Shown in pieces: positions 54,493 to 62,589 of a stretch of DNA of 64,000 nucleotides. The stretch lies in the IMG/VR virus record IMGVR_UViG_3300047586_000081, positions 3,014-67,013 of that record. The stretch is one strand, 5' to 3'. The DNA is from a virus. A program made the translations under genes and the position numbers. Every line of letters begins with the position of its first letter. Within the stretch, counting starts at the first letter, position 1. The notes under the pieces are model-generated. The model was not told the origin of the DNA. It searched no databases and saw only the letters and a list, made by a program, of their open reading frames with translations.

Positions 54493-55322
54493 GGTCGGCA
54501 CATCTCCAGCCACCAGCCACGGTCCCACGGCTTGGTGGGATCCGGCAGATAGCCAATACGATTGAGGACGAAAGAGCGGACGGGTTCTCGCTGCGCCCAG
54601 GCCACGAGCGGGGCCGGGAAGCCCATCTTGTCCTTGCGGTCGATGATCGCGTCAGGCACGATCCCGCGGACGGCTTCGCGGAGGTATGTCTTGCCGACGC
54701 GCCGCTCCACCGGCAGCGCCAGGGCGAAGTCCACCACCCGCTGATCGGTGAACGGAGCGCGAGCCTCGATCCCAAACGCGCCGGTCATCTGGTCGTCCAC
54801 CGCCAGAAGCTCCGGCAGGAGGGCGTAGTCGTAGTCGAGCGCCTCCTTCAGGGTCGTGGGGTAGCCCTCGGGGAGCTGGTAGTTCTCGTAGCCCTGGGGA
54901 GGCTCCATGCCAGCGACCATCATCTGGCGGGCGTATCCGCCGAACAGCTCGTCACTGCCCTCGCCCGACAGGGCGATGTCGATGTCGCAACTGGCGAGGT
55001 AGCTGGCCACCATGAACTGGCCGAATGTGCCCATGCCCATGATCGGAGGCTTCTGCGCGGTCTTCATTTCGTCGAAGTGTTCCACGAAATCCTCCGGCCT
55101 GATGAGGATCTCGTAATGGCGAGTGTGGGCTGCGCGAATAGCCCAGTGGCGCTCGTCGAAGCCGATCTCATCGTAGTAGCCGGTGAAGGTCGGCAAGTGC
55201 GCCGGAGCGAGACAGGCAACAGTCGAGGAGTCGATCCCGCCCGAGAGGACGATGCCGACATTGCCGCCATCGAGTCGGTCTGCGATAGCCGCTCGAAGCA
55301 AGGAGATAAGGGGCTGGTCCAT
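54489..55322 (-). CDS. asnB: asparagine synthetase-like ATP pyrophosphatase (synthetase domain only)
   Basis: LSGGIDSS, LSGEGSDELFGGY, EARAPFTD, K..LR....P..I..R.DKMGF. Confidence 0.9.
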   Translation of the reverse strand: MDQPLISLLRAAIADRLDGGNVGIVLSGGIDSSTVACLAPAHLPTFTGYYDEIGFDERHWAIRAAHTRHYEILIRPEDFVEHFDEMKTAQKPPIMGMGTFGQFMVASYLASCDIDIALSGEGSDELFGGYARQMMVAGMEPPQGYENYQLPEGYPTTLKEALDYDYALLPELLAVDDQMTGAFGIEARAPFTDQRVVDFALALPVERRVGKTYLREAVRGIVPDAIIDRKDKMGFPAPLVAWAQREPVRSFVLNRIGYLPDPTKPWDRGWWLEMCRP

Positions 55323-55339
55323 GTGACCTCCGAGAATTG

Positions 55340-55370
55340 GAAAGAGCCGGGGGTGGAAGCCCGGCTCTCC
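55340..55370 (-). terminator. terminator-like hairpin after the holin
   Basis: AGAGCCGGG/CCCGGCTCT followed by short T tract. Confidence 0.5.
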
Positions 55371-55383
55371 AGACGTTGGGGGT

Positions 55384-55587
55384 TTACTTCCCAGAGAACT
55401 TGTTGAGCTGGGAACCCACGGTCGAGGCATTCGCGAGAAGCGCGATGACGGCTGCGGCTGCGGCATCGACCGCGGCCACGAGGTCGCCGTTCACCTTGAC
55501 GCCGTTGGCGATGGCCGCCAGAACGATCACGTTCACGACGGCCACGACGGTGGCGGTCCACTGCGTGTACGGACGGTTGAGGATCAT
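55384..55587 (-). CDS. holin
   Basis: 67 aa, two TM helices, directly after the putative lysin. Confidence 0.75.
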   Translation of the reverse strand: MILNRPYTQWTATVVAVVNVIVLAAIANGVKVNGDLVAAVDAAAAAVIALLANASTVGSQLNKFSGK

Positions 55588-55594
55588 GTCTCTC

Positions 55595-56776
55595 CTACGG
55601 TGCGGCTATTGAAAAGCCAGATGGATCGAAGATCGCCTGGCAGGTCGCGCCCGCGGTGGGGGACTCGAAGGCAATCCACATCTTGCCGCTGGCGTCCAGC
55701 GGACACTCCACGAAGTTGGCCCGGTCGTCTCCCTTGGGGAAGTTGAGCGAGCTGTTGGGCGGCTCGACAGCCGGGAGAGTCGAGCGGTCGCCCACGGCGA
55801 GGTAGCCCATCGCGGTCTGTTGTGTGACAGTCAGGTTTCCGCGAACGCTGATGGCATTCGTCGGGATCCCAGCCACTCCAGCGACCTGGAGCGCGTGGCT
55901 TGTGTGCGCCGCAATAGGGCCGGTAAGACCCAACGCGATGCGCGTATCGAGGATGCGCGGGATCGGACTGAGGATCCCAGGATCAACCATGATTGCCTCC
56001 GGTGATAGCGGTGGGGGTGTCGCAGTGACAGGCACCACGCGCCCGGTCACAGCGAGATACCTGGCGGCCAGGTCTGTTTGACGTACCCAGCTGAGCTGGT
56101 CCCAGATGTGCTGCCACACGATAACGTGATGCTCGTTCAGCTTCGCGCCGACGTATGACCGGGTCATCTTGGCAACCTTCGCCCACGTTGCGCACTTGAG
56201 GTAGGCAGAGTCGTAAGCGCCGCCGCACGTCTCGTGGTAACCCTGGAGCGCGCTGCCGATCACATCGTCCCAGACCCAACCGTGCGCGGATGAATAGGAG
56301 TAGGTCTGGGCCGCGTCGATCTCGACACCGTAGATGCCCGCGACGAACTCGTAGTCCACCTGTGCGTCGCTGTCCCACAGATCCGAGAGAGAGCACCACA
56401 TGATGGGCTTCTGCCCGGCCAGCCCGTTCTTGACGAGCCAGGTCAGGAACTTCTCGGTGATGAGGCCACCGCCGGGCGGGGCCGTATCGCCGCTCGCGGC
56501 TTTGTAGGCGTCGATGCAGTTCTTTTCGGTGATGACCGGGACAGGCACACCCGGGAAGAGCTTCATCCAGGTGACAACGAAGTGGTTCTTGCATGCAACC
56601 ACAACGCAGTTGCTCCACTGGTCGTTGCCATCCATGGCAAGCGGGACGCCGGTGAGGTTGTCCTCGGATGCGGGGTAGACCGCGGCGATGGCGGCGTAGA
56701 GCGGATCGATGCTGATGCGCGGAGCTGAGGGGTCGGCGGGCAATCGCCCGTACAGGCCCTGCTGGTCTTTGGTCAT
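55595..56776 (-). CDS. putative lysin: papain-like Cys peptidase plus P-x-RILDTR surface-protein domain
   Basis: GNDQWSNCV, GYHE, ATWA; C-terminal PRILDTR...GNLTVT...GYL...SSLNF...AN. Confidence 0.7.
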   Translation of the reverse strand: MTKDQQGLYGRLPADPSAPRISIDPLYAAIAAVYPASEDNLTGVPLAMDGNDQWSNCVVVACKNHFVVTWMKLFPGVPVPVITEKNCIDAYKAASGDTAPPGGGLITEKFLTWLVKNGLAGQKPIMWCSLSDLWDSDAQVDYEFVAGIYGVEIDAAQTYSYSSAHGWVWDDVIGSALQGYHETCGGAYDSAYLKCATWAKVAKMTRSYVGAKLNEHHVIVWQHIWDQLSWVRQTDLAARYLAVTGRVVPVTATPPPLSPEAIMVDPGILSPIPRILDTRIALGLTGPIAAHTSHALQVAGVAGIPTNAISVRGNLTVTQQTAMGYLAVGDRSTLPAVEPPNSSLNFPKGDDRANFVECPLDASGKMWIAFESPTAGATCQAIFDPSGFSIAAP

Positions 56777-56834
56777 ATAGTCCTCCTGTAGTGTCCGCTC
56801 ATTCTACCCGCCCCGGCCCGGATAGGCCAGGGCC

Positions 56835-57002
56835 TCAGCCAAAGTACCACTGGGCCACCGCGCGCCAGGGAGCAGGGTACTGGTGCGGGCCGCGGTGCCA
56901 GAGATGCAGGGTACAATGCTGCATCCCAATCAGCGCCTTCTCGGGCACTTCGACGATCCCGACGTACCCACAGCCAAAGAACAGGCCCAGCAGGTGCTTC
57001 AC
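56835..57002 (-). CDS. 55-aa hypothetical protein (absent from ORF track)
   Basis: GAGG then GTG; C.L...H.G.H motif. Confidence 0.5.
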   Translation of the reverse strand: MKHLLGLFFGCGYVGIVEVPEKALIGMQHCTLHLWHRGPHQYPAPWRAVAQWYFG

Positions 57003-57021
57003 AAGCCCTCACTTAGGTGGT

Positions 57022-57249
57022 TCACAGGCCCTCAACTCCCATCTCTGCCAGAGCCGCTTTCACGGCCGCAAACTTGATGCAGCAGGAGTAGGCCACGATC
57101 TTGTACGGAAAGGGCCAGACATCCATACGTGCCTCGATCTCCAGACTGTCGTAACCCTCGTCCGCGTCATCGTGGCAGGAGTCACAGCAGCTGCCCTCGA
57201 AGTCCACGCAGGAGAGAGGGAGCACCCCGTCCAGGTTCTCGCTCACCAC
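57022..57249 (-). CDS. Cys-rich hypothetical protein
   Basis: CC.SCH.D and CC. Confidence 0.65.
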   Translation of the reverse strand: MVSENLDGVLPLSCVDFEGSCCDSCHDDADEGYDSLEIEARMDVWPFPYKIVAYSCCIKFAAVKAALAEMGVEGL

Positions 57250-57572
57250 TCTGTCCTCACTTCTATGTCGGGAAAGCCACGCTGCGCTAGATAAGCGGCG
57301 ATGTACTCTTTGAGTTCCTGGTTGTTCTCGTTGGCCTCTTCGATCCAGACTCGGCGGAACGCGGTGACCTCACCGTAGTAGAGCGACTCTCCGCACTCGA
57401 CCGAGACGCAGTGGAGATCGGCCCAGTTGATCGCCCCATCGATGACGTTACGTCTCCGGTACGCGGCGTGGCAAGCAGCTTCGGCGGCGTCCCCAAGTGC
57501 CTGCAACCCCTGAATGTCAATTTCCTTTGCCATTTGGGTTGGAGATCCCAGAATGTCAACCTTCGTTTGCAT
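57243..57572 (-). CDS. conserved phage hypothetical protein
   Basis: AINWADL.C, IEEA, EV.TEW. Confidence 0.7.
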   Translation of the reverse strand: MQTKVDILGSPTQMAKEIDIQGLQALGDAAEAACHAAYRRRNVIDGAINWADLHCVSVECGESLYYGEVTAFRRVWIEEANENNQELKEYIAAYLAQRGFPDIEVRTEW

Positions 57573-57903
57573 CAGGAGCCTCCGGCGTGATGGACTGAAC
57601 CGCAGAGGTTGTTTGGACGTGACCTTGATCTAACTCGTCCCAGTAGACGAACTCCATGTGCGCATCGAGGTAGAGACGGTCGATAGCGATCATCGAGCCG
57701 CCAAACGTCGCGCCGTCTATCCGGGCGCGCTTGCCAATCCCACAGTGTCCGCCGCTCATGATGCCTCGGTCTGCGTCCCAAGTATAGACCGTGTTCACGG
57801 TCGTGATGAGCCACCGGCCCGAAGTCGGTACGGGGATGGCTCCTTCGAGCTGGGCCGCGAACATAGCAGCGTCTACGACCTGCCCGTCATGGTTGTTTGG
57901 CAT
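57556..57903 (-). CDS. hypothetical protein
   Basis: GGAGG RBS. Confidence 0.7.
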   Translation of the reverse strand: MPNNHDGQVVDAAMFAAQLEGAIPVPTSGRWLITTVNTVYTWDADRGIMSGGHCGIGKRARIDGATFGGSMIAIDRLYLDAHMEFVYWDELDQGHVQTTSAVQSITPEAPDANEG

Positions 57904-58129
57904 CGTAAGCCTCCTCGGATGGCATGATGCGCCGAACGGTGAGCCAGGCCACGAACATGCCCGTCGCCTGTTCCATTGACCATTCGACCTTGCTGACCAG
58001 CACCTCGGCCATCACGCGGCCTCGTGTCAAAGAACCAAGCCAGAGGAAGTCGCCCTTGCGAGGGGCAACCGGCATCGTTAGCGTCTCGTAGATGTCGCGG
58101 CCCTGGATACAGACCTGGATGTCAGGCAT
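57887..58129 (-). CDS. hypothetical protein
   Basis: PV.PR.GD motif. Confidence 0.65.
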   Translation of the reverse strand: MPDIQVCIQGRDIYETLTMPVAPRKGDFLWLGSLTRGRVMAEVLVSKVEWSMEQATGMFVAWLTVRRIMPSEEAYDAKQP

Positions 58130-58487
58130 CGATCAGCTCCTGTAGGGCTATGCGGGCTGCGGATTGACAAACCTTCAGGTTGGGCGTGGCGGCGATCTGT
58201 CGCAGTGCCGCGCGCAGCCGCTTGTTCTCCGCTAGGTGCAACCGCAATGCCTTCTGGTAGGCTTTGTAGGCACGCGCACCGCTCACCGACTCGGCCCAGG
58301 CAGCGCGACCGGCGAAATCTGCCAATCGAGCCTCTTGTTCGTCTGCGGCTAGGTCGGCGTCGGCGCGGGCCTGCGCTTCGATGGCGAGGATTGATTGGCG
58401 GTCGTAGTAGGAGAAGGTCCCTCTCAGGGTTCCCAGTATTCCGAGTAGCTCCCGTCCAGCCTCGGTGCTAGGTGTAGTCACTGTCAT
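58122..58487 (-). CDS. hypothetical coiled-coil protein
   Basis: ATGA coupling. Confidence 0.65.
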   Translation of the reverse strand: MTVTTPSTEAGRELLGILGTLRGTFSYYDRQSILAIEAQARADADLAADEQEARLADFAGRAAWAESVSGARAYKAYQKALRLHLAENKRLRAALRQIAATPNLKVCQSAARIALQELIDA

Positions 58488-58735
58488 CGTCCGCTGACCA
58501 TCCCTTTCGCGTGGTCCCAGAGCAAGCGCGCAACTTCGCGCTTCGTGTACCCGGTGCTAGTGCCTGCAAGCATGATGTAGCAGAAGCGGTTGACGTGTGT
58601 GCGGCGATCCACCCGGTCGCGCTTCATCCGGTGATGTAGCGATGAGCAGAGGCACCAATCTTCGCGGTGAGCCCGGACGCAGGAGCTATGCAAGCCCCGG
58701 CTGCAATCCTCACAGACGAACTCCACGTCAGGCAT
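58484..58735 (-). CDS. Cys/His hypothetical protein
   Basis: C..C..G.H..C...C.C. Confidence 0.6.
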   Translation of the reverse strand: MPDVEFVCEDCSRGLHSSCVRAHREDWCLCSSLHHRMKRDRVDRRTHVNRFCYIMLAGTSTGYTKREVARLLWDHAKGMVSGR

Positions 58736-58839
58736 TACCAGCCCAACCCGTATCCGAGCACGGCCAGGGCGCAGATCACGCAAATGGCCACAACGAACCA
58801 CATGTAGGCCATCAGAATAGGATCGCCGTTGCCCTTCAT
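58735..58839 (-). CDS. 34-aa membrane peptide
   Basis: Coupled; one TM helix. Confidence 0.5.
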   Translation of the reverse strand: MKGNGDPILMAYMWFVVAICVICALAVLGYGLGW

Positions 58840-59330
58840 AGTCGGTTCGCCAAAACGGCGCAGATGGAGGCGGCCTCGTAGGTCGCCCACTGCGCGTCCC
58901 AGCCCCAGGCATCGATGAAGGCTTGTGCGAGCTGCTGAACGGTCAGCGACCCCCTCCCTGGCCGAACCCAGCCCCAGCAATTGTCCTGACAGACGTAGCA
59001 GATCAGCGGCTCGTGGGGGCAGGGCTCACCGCGGTCGTCGCAGATGGTGCAGCCGCACCGGGGCGGCTTGACCGGCAGCGAGGCCAGGGTTTCAAGCGCG
59101 ATGGAGGAGCGTACCAGGTTGAGCGCGTGGTCGATGTACTCGCCCGAGAGACCGGGAGGAAGCTCGGCGCGCAGCAGGGCCTTCATGTCGTGAACGGCTT
59201 GCGCCGCGGCCTGGTCTTCGACATCGAGGATCAGCTTGTCGTGGTCACACTCTCCCGGCAGCGCAAAGCAGAGGTGCTCAGACACCAGCTGTCTCCCGGC
59301 GGAGGTATACGGAGTGCCACGTCTGCTCAT
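58836..59330 (-). CDS. Cys-rich hypothetical protein
   Basis: ATGA coupling. Confidence 0.65.
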   Translation of the reverse strand: MSRRGTPYTSAGRQLVSEHLCFALPGECDHDKLILDVEDQAAAQAVHDMKALLRAELPPGLSGEYIDHALNLVRSSIALETLASLPVKPPRCGCTICDDRGEPCPHEPLICYVCQDNCWGWVRPGRGSLTVQQLAQAFIDAWGWDAQWATYEAASICAVLANRL

Positions 59331-59620
59331 GACAGTGGATCCCCGCCGACGCCGACGACGCTCCCGGGTGCCATTGTTTCGTCGCAGACCATCTTGTGTC
59401 CGACTATCTTCTCGCAGCCACAGTCGTGACCGACCAGCATGTGGAAGACATCGGGCGCCATGTGGACTACCGCGTCCACCGGCATGGTGCTGATGAGGGC
59501 CGCGGCGTCGCGCCACGTCTCACACTCATGGGCTACGCGGGGATGCTTGGCAAACGTGGTGCATGTGGCCAGAGTTCCGACGGGATCGAAGTCTCGGTGG
59601 AAGTTGAACTCGGTGCTCAA
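59327..59620 (-). CDS. hypothetical protein
   Basis: AGGAGG then TTG. Confidence 0.55.
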   Translation of the reverse strand: MSTEFNFHRDFDPVGTLATCTTFAKHPRVAHECETWRDAAALISTMPVDAVVHMAPDVFHMLVGHDCGCEKIVGHKMVCDETMAPGSVVGVGGDPLS

Positions 59621-60024
59621 TTGACCCTGCCTCCTGTGCGGGCTAGAAAGACGGTGGTGATGTCGGCGGCGGCGCGCTCGATCCAGTACGTGCCCAGCGG
59701 CGCGTTGGGGGTTTCGCACTTGGGATCGTTGCACTCCGCGGTATGGATCTCGGTGGCCTTGCAGATCATGCAGGTGTCATCCAGAGCCCTGGCTCCGAAG
59801 GCATGGGCGATGTTCTGCAATAGCACCATCTGCATGGAGATCATCGGCTCGAAGTTGCCGAGAGTCGGCCCGTGCAGGTTCTGGTCCTGGAGCCGCTCCA
59901 TGGCCACGTCGGGGTCGTGGGTGATATATGCCCCCAGCCCGTTAGCGACGAGACGCTCCTCGATCATCTTCCAGTGGGCTGTGCAGATGACGGACTCGCG
60001 AGAGATGGCGGACTGATCGCTCAT
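59617..60024 (-). CDS. hypothetical Cys-containing protein
   Basis: C..HW and C.IC. Confidence 0.7.
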   Translation of the reverse strand: MSDQSAISRESVICTAHWKMIEERLVANGLGAYITHDPDVAMERLQDQNLHGPTLGNFEPMISMQMVLLQNIAHAFGARALDDTCMICKATEIHTAECNDPKCETPNAPLGTYWIERAAADITTVFLARTGGRVN

Positions 60025-60389
60025 CGTGACCTCTGGCTGGGATCGGGGTGACTGACGAGGCTGACCACCGACAGGGTAAGCCCGTCGGCAATGAGACCGG
60101 CCTCGGCCCGGCGAATGCTCACGACCTTGCCGCCGATGGAGAAGCGCAGCCGGTCGTAGCGTCCCTTACGGATGTCGTTGGTGTTGCGAGGGAAGAGCGA
60201 GATGTCTGCCAGCAGGGCTCCATCTTCTACCGCGAAGTTGCTGGCGGCCCCGATGGGAGGCTTGGAGTAGTCGAAGTTCACGTACACCGGCATCTCGCCT
60301 TCCGGGAGGGTGACGCCCGCGGGATCGATGATGGATGGATCGCACGCGGCCACCTGGGCGTCGAGCGTCGGGAGCAGGGTGACTCTCAT
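60021..60389 (-). CDS. degenerate prohead-protease-fold protein
   Basis: PV..NF....PIG, DG.L.A.I, FSIGG, L..VSLV..P. Confidence 0.55.
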   Translation of the reverse strand: MRVTLLPTLDAQVAACDPSIIDPAGVTLPEGEMPVYVNFDYSKPPIGAASNFAVEDGALLADISLFPRNTNDIRKGRYDRLRFSIGGKVVSIRRAEAGLIADGLTLSVVSLVSHPDPSQRSR

Positions 60390-60976
60390 CGAGTCCTCTT
60401 CGGCTTGCGGACGGGTTTGGGTTGCGGGCTGAAGGGGTGGGTGTTGAACTCGTGCCCCAGCGCCTCGGTCACTCCGGTGGCGCTCTCGTGCTGTGGGTGC
60501 AGGAGGATCGGCTTGTCCGGCAGCATGTGGTCTGTGTGCTGGGGAGCTACCGATTTGTATTCTTGCGCGACATGGACCTTCTCTTTACCGCGTGAGCCGA
60601 CGATGTTGACCTCCACGCCCGATACCGGATCTGACATCAGGATCCCGATCTCGGCGGGCTGGTCCAGTTCTGCCAGCGTATGACCGGCCCAGGTTCTCGG
60701 GAGGTCTTCGACTGTCCTGACCGTCTCGCGTATCGGGATCCCGCTGAAGGCTGGGGGGGCGCCGGGCGAGGTGGGGGAGTCCAAAAGTCGTTGGGCATCG
60801 CTCCGTATGTCGGGCGGAGCGCTCTCGACGTTCACCTTGTTCAACTCGTGCCACGGGTCGATAGCGTCGATCCCGGCACGGATCAGCTCGCTGATCGAGC
60901 GGCGCTGAAGGAAGGACGCCTGGCGGAGGTGGTCCCACGTCTGATCGTCAACGTAGATCGTTCGTGCCTTTGTCAC
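60386..60976 (-). CDS. ribbon-helix-helix regulator with long tail
   Basis: RTIYVDDQTWDHLRQASF.QRRSISELIR. Confidence 0.8.
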   Translation of the reverse strand: MTKARTIYVDDQTWDHLRQASFLQRRSISELIRAGIDAIDPWHELNKVNVESAPPDIRSDAQRLLDSPTSPGAPPAFSGIPIRETVRTVEDLPRTWAGHTLAELDQPAEIGILMSDPVSGVEVNIVGSRGKEKVHVAQEYKSVAPQHTDHMLPDKPILLHPQHESATGVTEALGHEFNTHPFSPQPKPVRKPKRTR

Positions 60977-61233
60977 TGGTCAAAAGCCTCTTGGCTGTTG
61001 AACCGACAGGGCTTAGTGCCGAAGTGCTTGTGGAACTCACGCTCGTTCGAGTGAACCAGGTCGTGCACCATCGCCTCTTGCACCTGGCTGAATGGGCTGA
61101 TCTCGCGCCGGGGGTCCACCTTGGTCCCAACCGGGAACCAGGTACCGATCACACGGCCGTTCCACGTGACCTGGGTTGCCTTGGCCAGTCGGGGGAAGGC
61201 CCGGCGGAACTCGGTGCTGGGGGTCTGGTTCAT
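60973..61233 (-). CDS. Phd/YefM-like regulator, probably leaderless
   Basis: STEFRR.F..L....VT.NGR.IG.W.P. Confidence 0.7.
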   Translation of the reverse strand: MNQTPSTEFRRAFPRLAKATQVTWNGRVIGTWFPVGTKVDPRREISPFSQVQEAMVHDLVHSNEREFHKHFGTKPCRFNSQEAFDQ

Positions 61234-61239
61234 GGTTGA

Positions 61240-61268
61240 AGAGTACCATCATGCCATTGTGATGTCAA
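61240..61268 (-). promoter_or_regulatory. consensus promoter TTGACA-N17-TACTCT
   Basis: Perfect -35, extended -10 TGG; 6 nt from the -10 to ATG. Confidence 0.8.
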
Positions 61269-61302
61269 ACCATTGGAATGGCGTGCCATTGTGCCATCAT
61301 GC
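61246..61302. repeat. TGCCATYR tandem repeats (putative operators)
   Basis: CCATCATGC at 61246 and 61294; TGCCATTGTG at 61252 and 61284. Confidence 0.65.
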
Positions 61303-61494
61303 ATGTGTAATGGTGGACGGAAGTGCATGAAAACATGCATCGGGGCGCGCAGGGGGTGCGAGGCAATCAGCTGTGCGAGGGATTTTGAGGGACAACGCTC
61401 ACTAGCTCTTCGCGAGGCCAGGGACTTTGGAGCCCAGGGGATGATAGAGTTGAAGCAGGACCAGCCTGGTCCCATCCCCACCCACCTGGAGGAC

Positions 61495-61743
61495 ATGATG
61501 TCCACGCTATCGCAACGCATGACCACGCTAGAGGCGGCGCTGGAGATCCTGCTCGCACGCAGCGCGCCCACGACCACCGCGCCCGCAGCCGCGAAGGTCA
61601 CAAAGTACCGCACAGGTAAGCGTGACAAGGACGGCAACGTCCCGAATGGCTTCCCCTGCACGCTCGGATGCGGGCGCAAGCTTCGCACGGCCGCACGCGC
61701 AACCTCCCACGACATTGCGACGGGTCACGTCGCAAAGTCATGA
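61495..61743 (+). CDS. first early gene, C2H2-like Zn finger
   Basis: GGAGG RBS; FPC..GC...L......H....H. Confidence 0.7.
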   Translation: MMSTLSQRMTTLEAALEILLARSAPTTTAPAAAKVTKYRTGKRDKDGNVPNGFPCTLGCGRKLRTAARATSHDIATGHVAKS

Positions 61744-61751
61744 CTCGCACC

Positions 61752-61829
61752 ACCACGCGCGAGGTGTAGCGGCTAGCTATGCCTTGCGCGTGGTGCGTCG
61801 GGTCGCATTGGCGACAAACGTGCGTTCGA
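61752..61829 (+). repeat. structured RNA-like repeat, copy A
   Basis: Similar to 62500-62576; long hairpin. Confidence 0.65.
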
Positions 61830-62025
61830 CGCTACGGCGCGGGCGTTGTTCTGTGTGTGGACAAGCACAGAGCCGCTTCGTTGCACGGCGCACGATGGAG
61901 GTACAAGCCGAACATTCGCTACACGACAGTAGCACGACGCTACTAGGCTACCTGTTCCCATGATGGGACACGAGTGGATTGCGGGCTCACACGATGTGAG
62001 TGCGCGGTCTGGAGGAATACACACG

Positions 62026-62262
62026 ATGTTCGCAGTAGTTCGAGGGTTCCACCGCAACGAGTTCACGGTTGAAGGTAGCACCACGATGGTGCAGCGCACG
62101 TTGACGGCGTTCGCGGAGCCGCAGGTATGCGCGCTCTGCCACGAGTTCCATGCGGAGATCACCAGCCCATCGCAGATCACATTCCCGCGCGATGTCGCTT
62201 CCCGCTACGTTGGCGGCGAGCCCACGGCGTACGCCACCGCTTCCGCGTTCGTGAGGCGGTGA
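62026..62262 (+). CDS. hypothetical protein
   Basis: GGAGG RBS. Confidence 0.65.
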   Translation: MFAVVRGFHRNEFTVEGSTTMVQRTLTAFAEPQVCALCHEFHAEITSPSQITFPRDVASRYVGGEPTAYATASAFVRR

Positions 62263-62375
62263 GTACCATGCGCGCCATGATCGACCAGCAGTACAGCATT
62301 CTGCTATCGGCCCTTTTCGGCTGCGCCGTTGCGTACCCGTTAGGGCTACTGATTGCCGCCGGGTTGGGACGATGA
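62259..62375 (+). CDS. membrane peptide
   Basis: GTGA coupling; one TM helix. Confidence 0.5.
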   Translation: MSTMRAMIDQQYSILLSALFGCAVAYPLGLLIAAGLGR

Positions 62376-62515
62376 GCCGAGTACGCACAGTACTAGCACG
62401 GTTCGATACGTACGCTGAAGCGTACGCGTACATGCTCACGTTGAGCGATGCGGTCGGGACGTACCAGATCCGCAGACAGAGCAAGGGGTTCGTGGTCGTA
62501 GCACGCACGAGGTAA
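62372..62515 (+). CDS. 47-aa hypothetical protein (absent from ORF track)
   Basis: ATGA coupling; F.TY.EA motif. Confidence 0.55.
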   Translation: MSRVRTVLARFDTYAEAYAYMLTLSDAVGTYQIRRQSKGFVVVARTR

Positions 62516-62576
62516 GGCGATAAGCCTACCCCGCGCGTGCTGCGTCGGGACGTATTGGCAACAAACGCACATTCGA
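62500..62576 (+). repeat. structured RNA-like repeat, copy B
   Basis: Similar to 61752-61829. Confidence 0.65.
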
Positions 62577-62589
62577 TGAAAGGTCGTGC

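Noticed and set aside
54489-55322. QueC completing a preQ0 pathway
   Set aside because: Has AsnB motifs (GEGSDELFGGY, RAPF.D) and lacks the QueC C-terminal Cys cluster
62396-62415. GGTTCGAT resembling a tRNA T-loop
   Set aside because: No T-stem or cloverleaf; lies inside a 47-aa ORF
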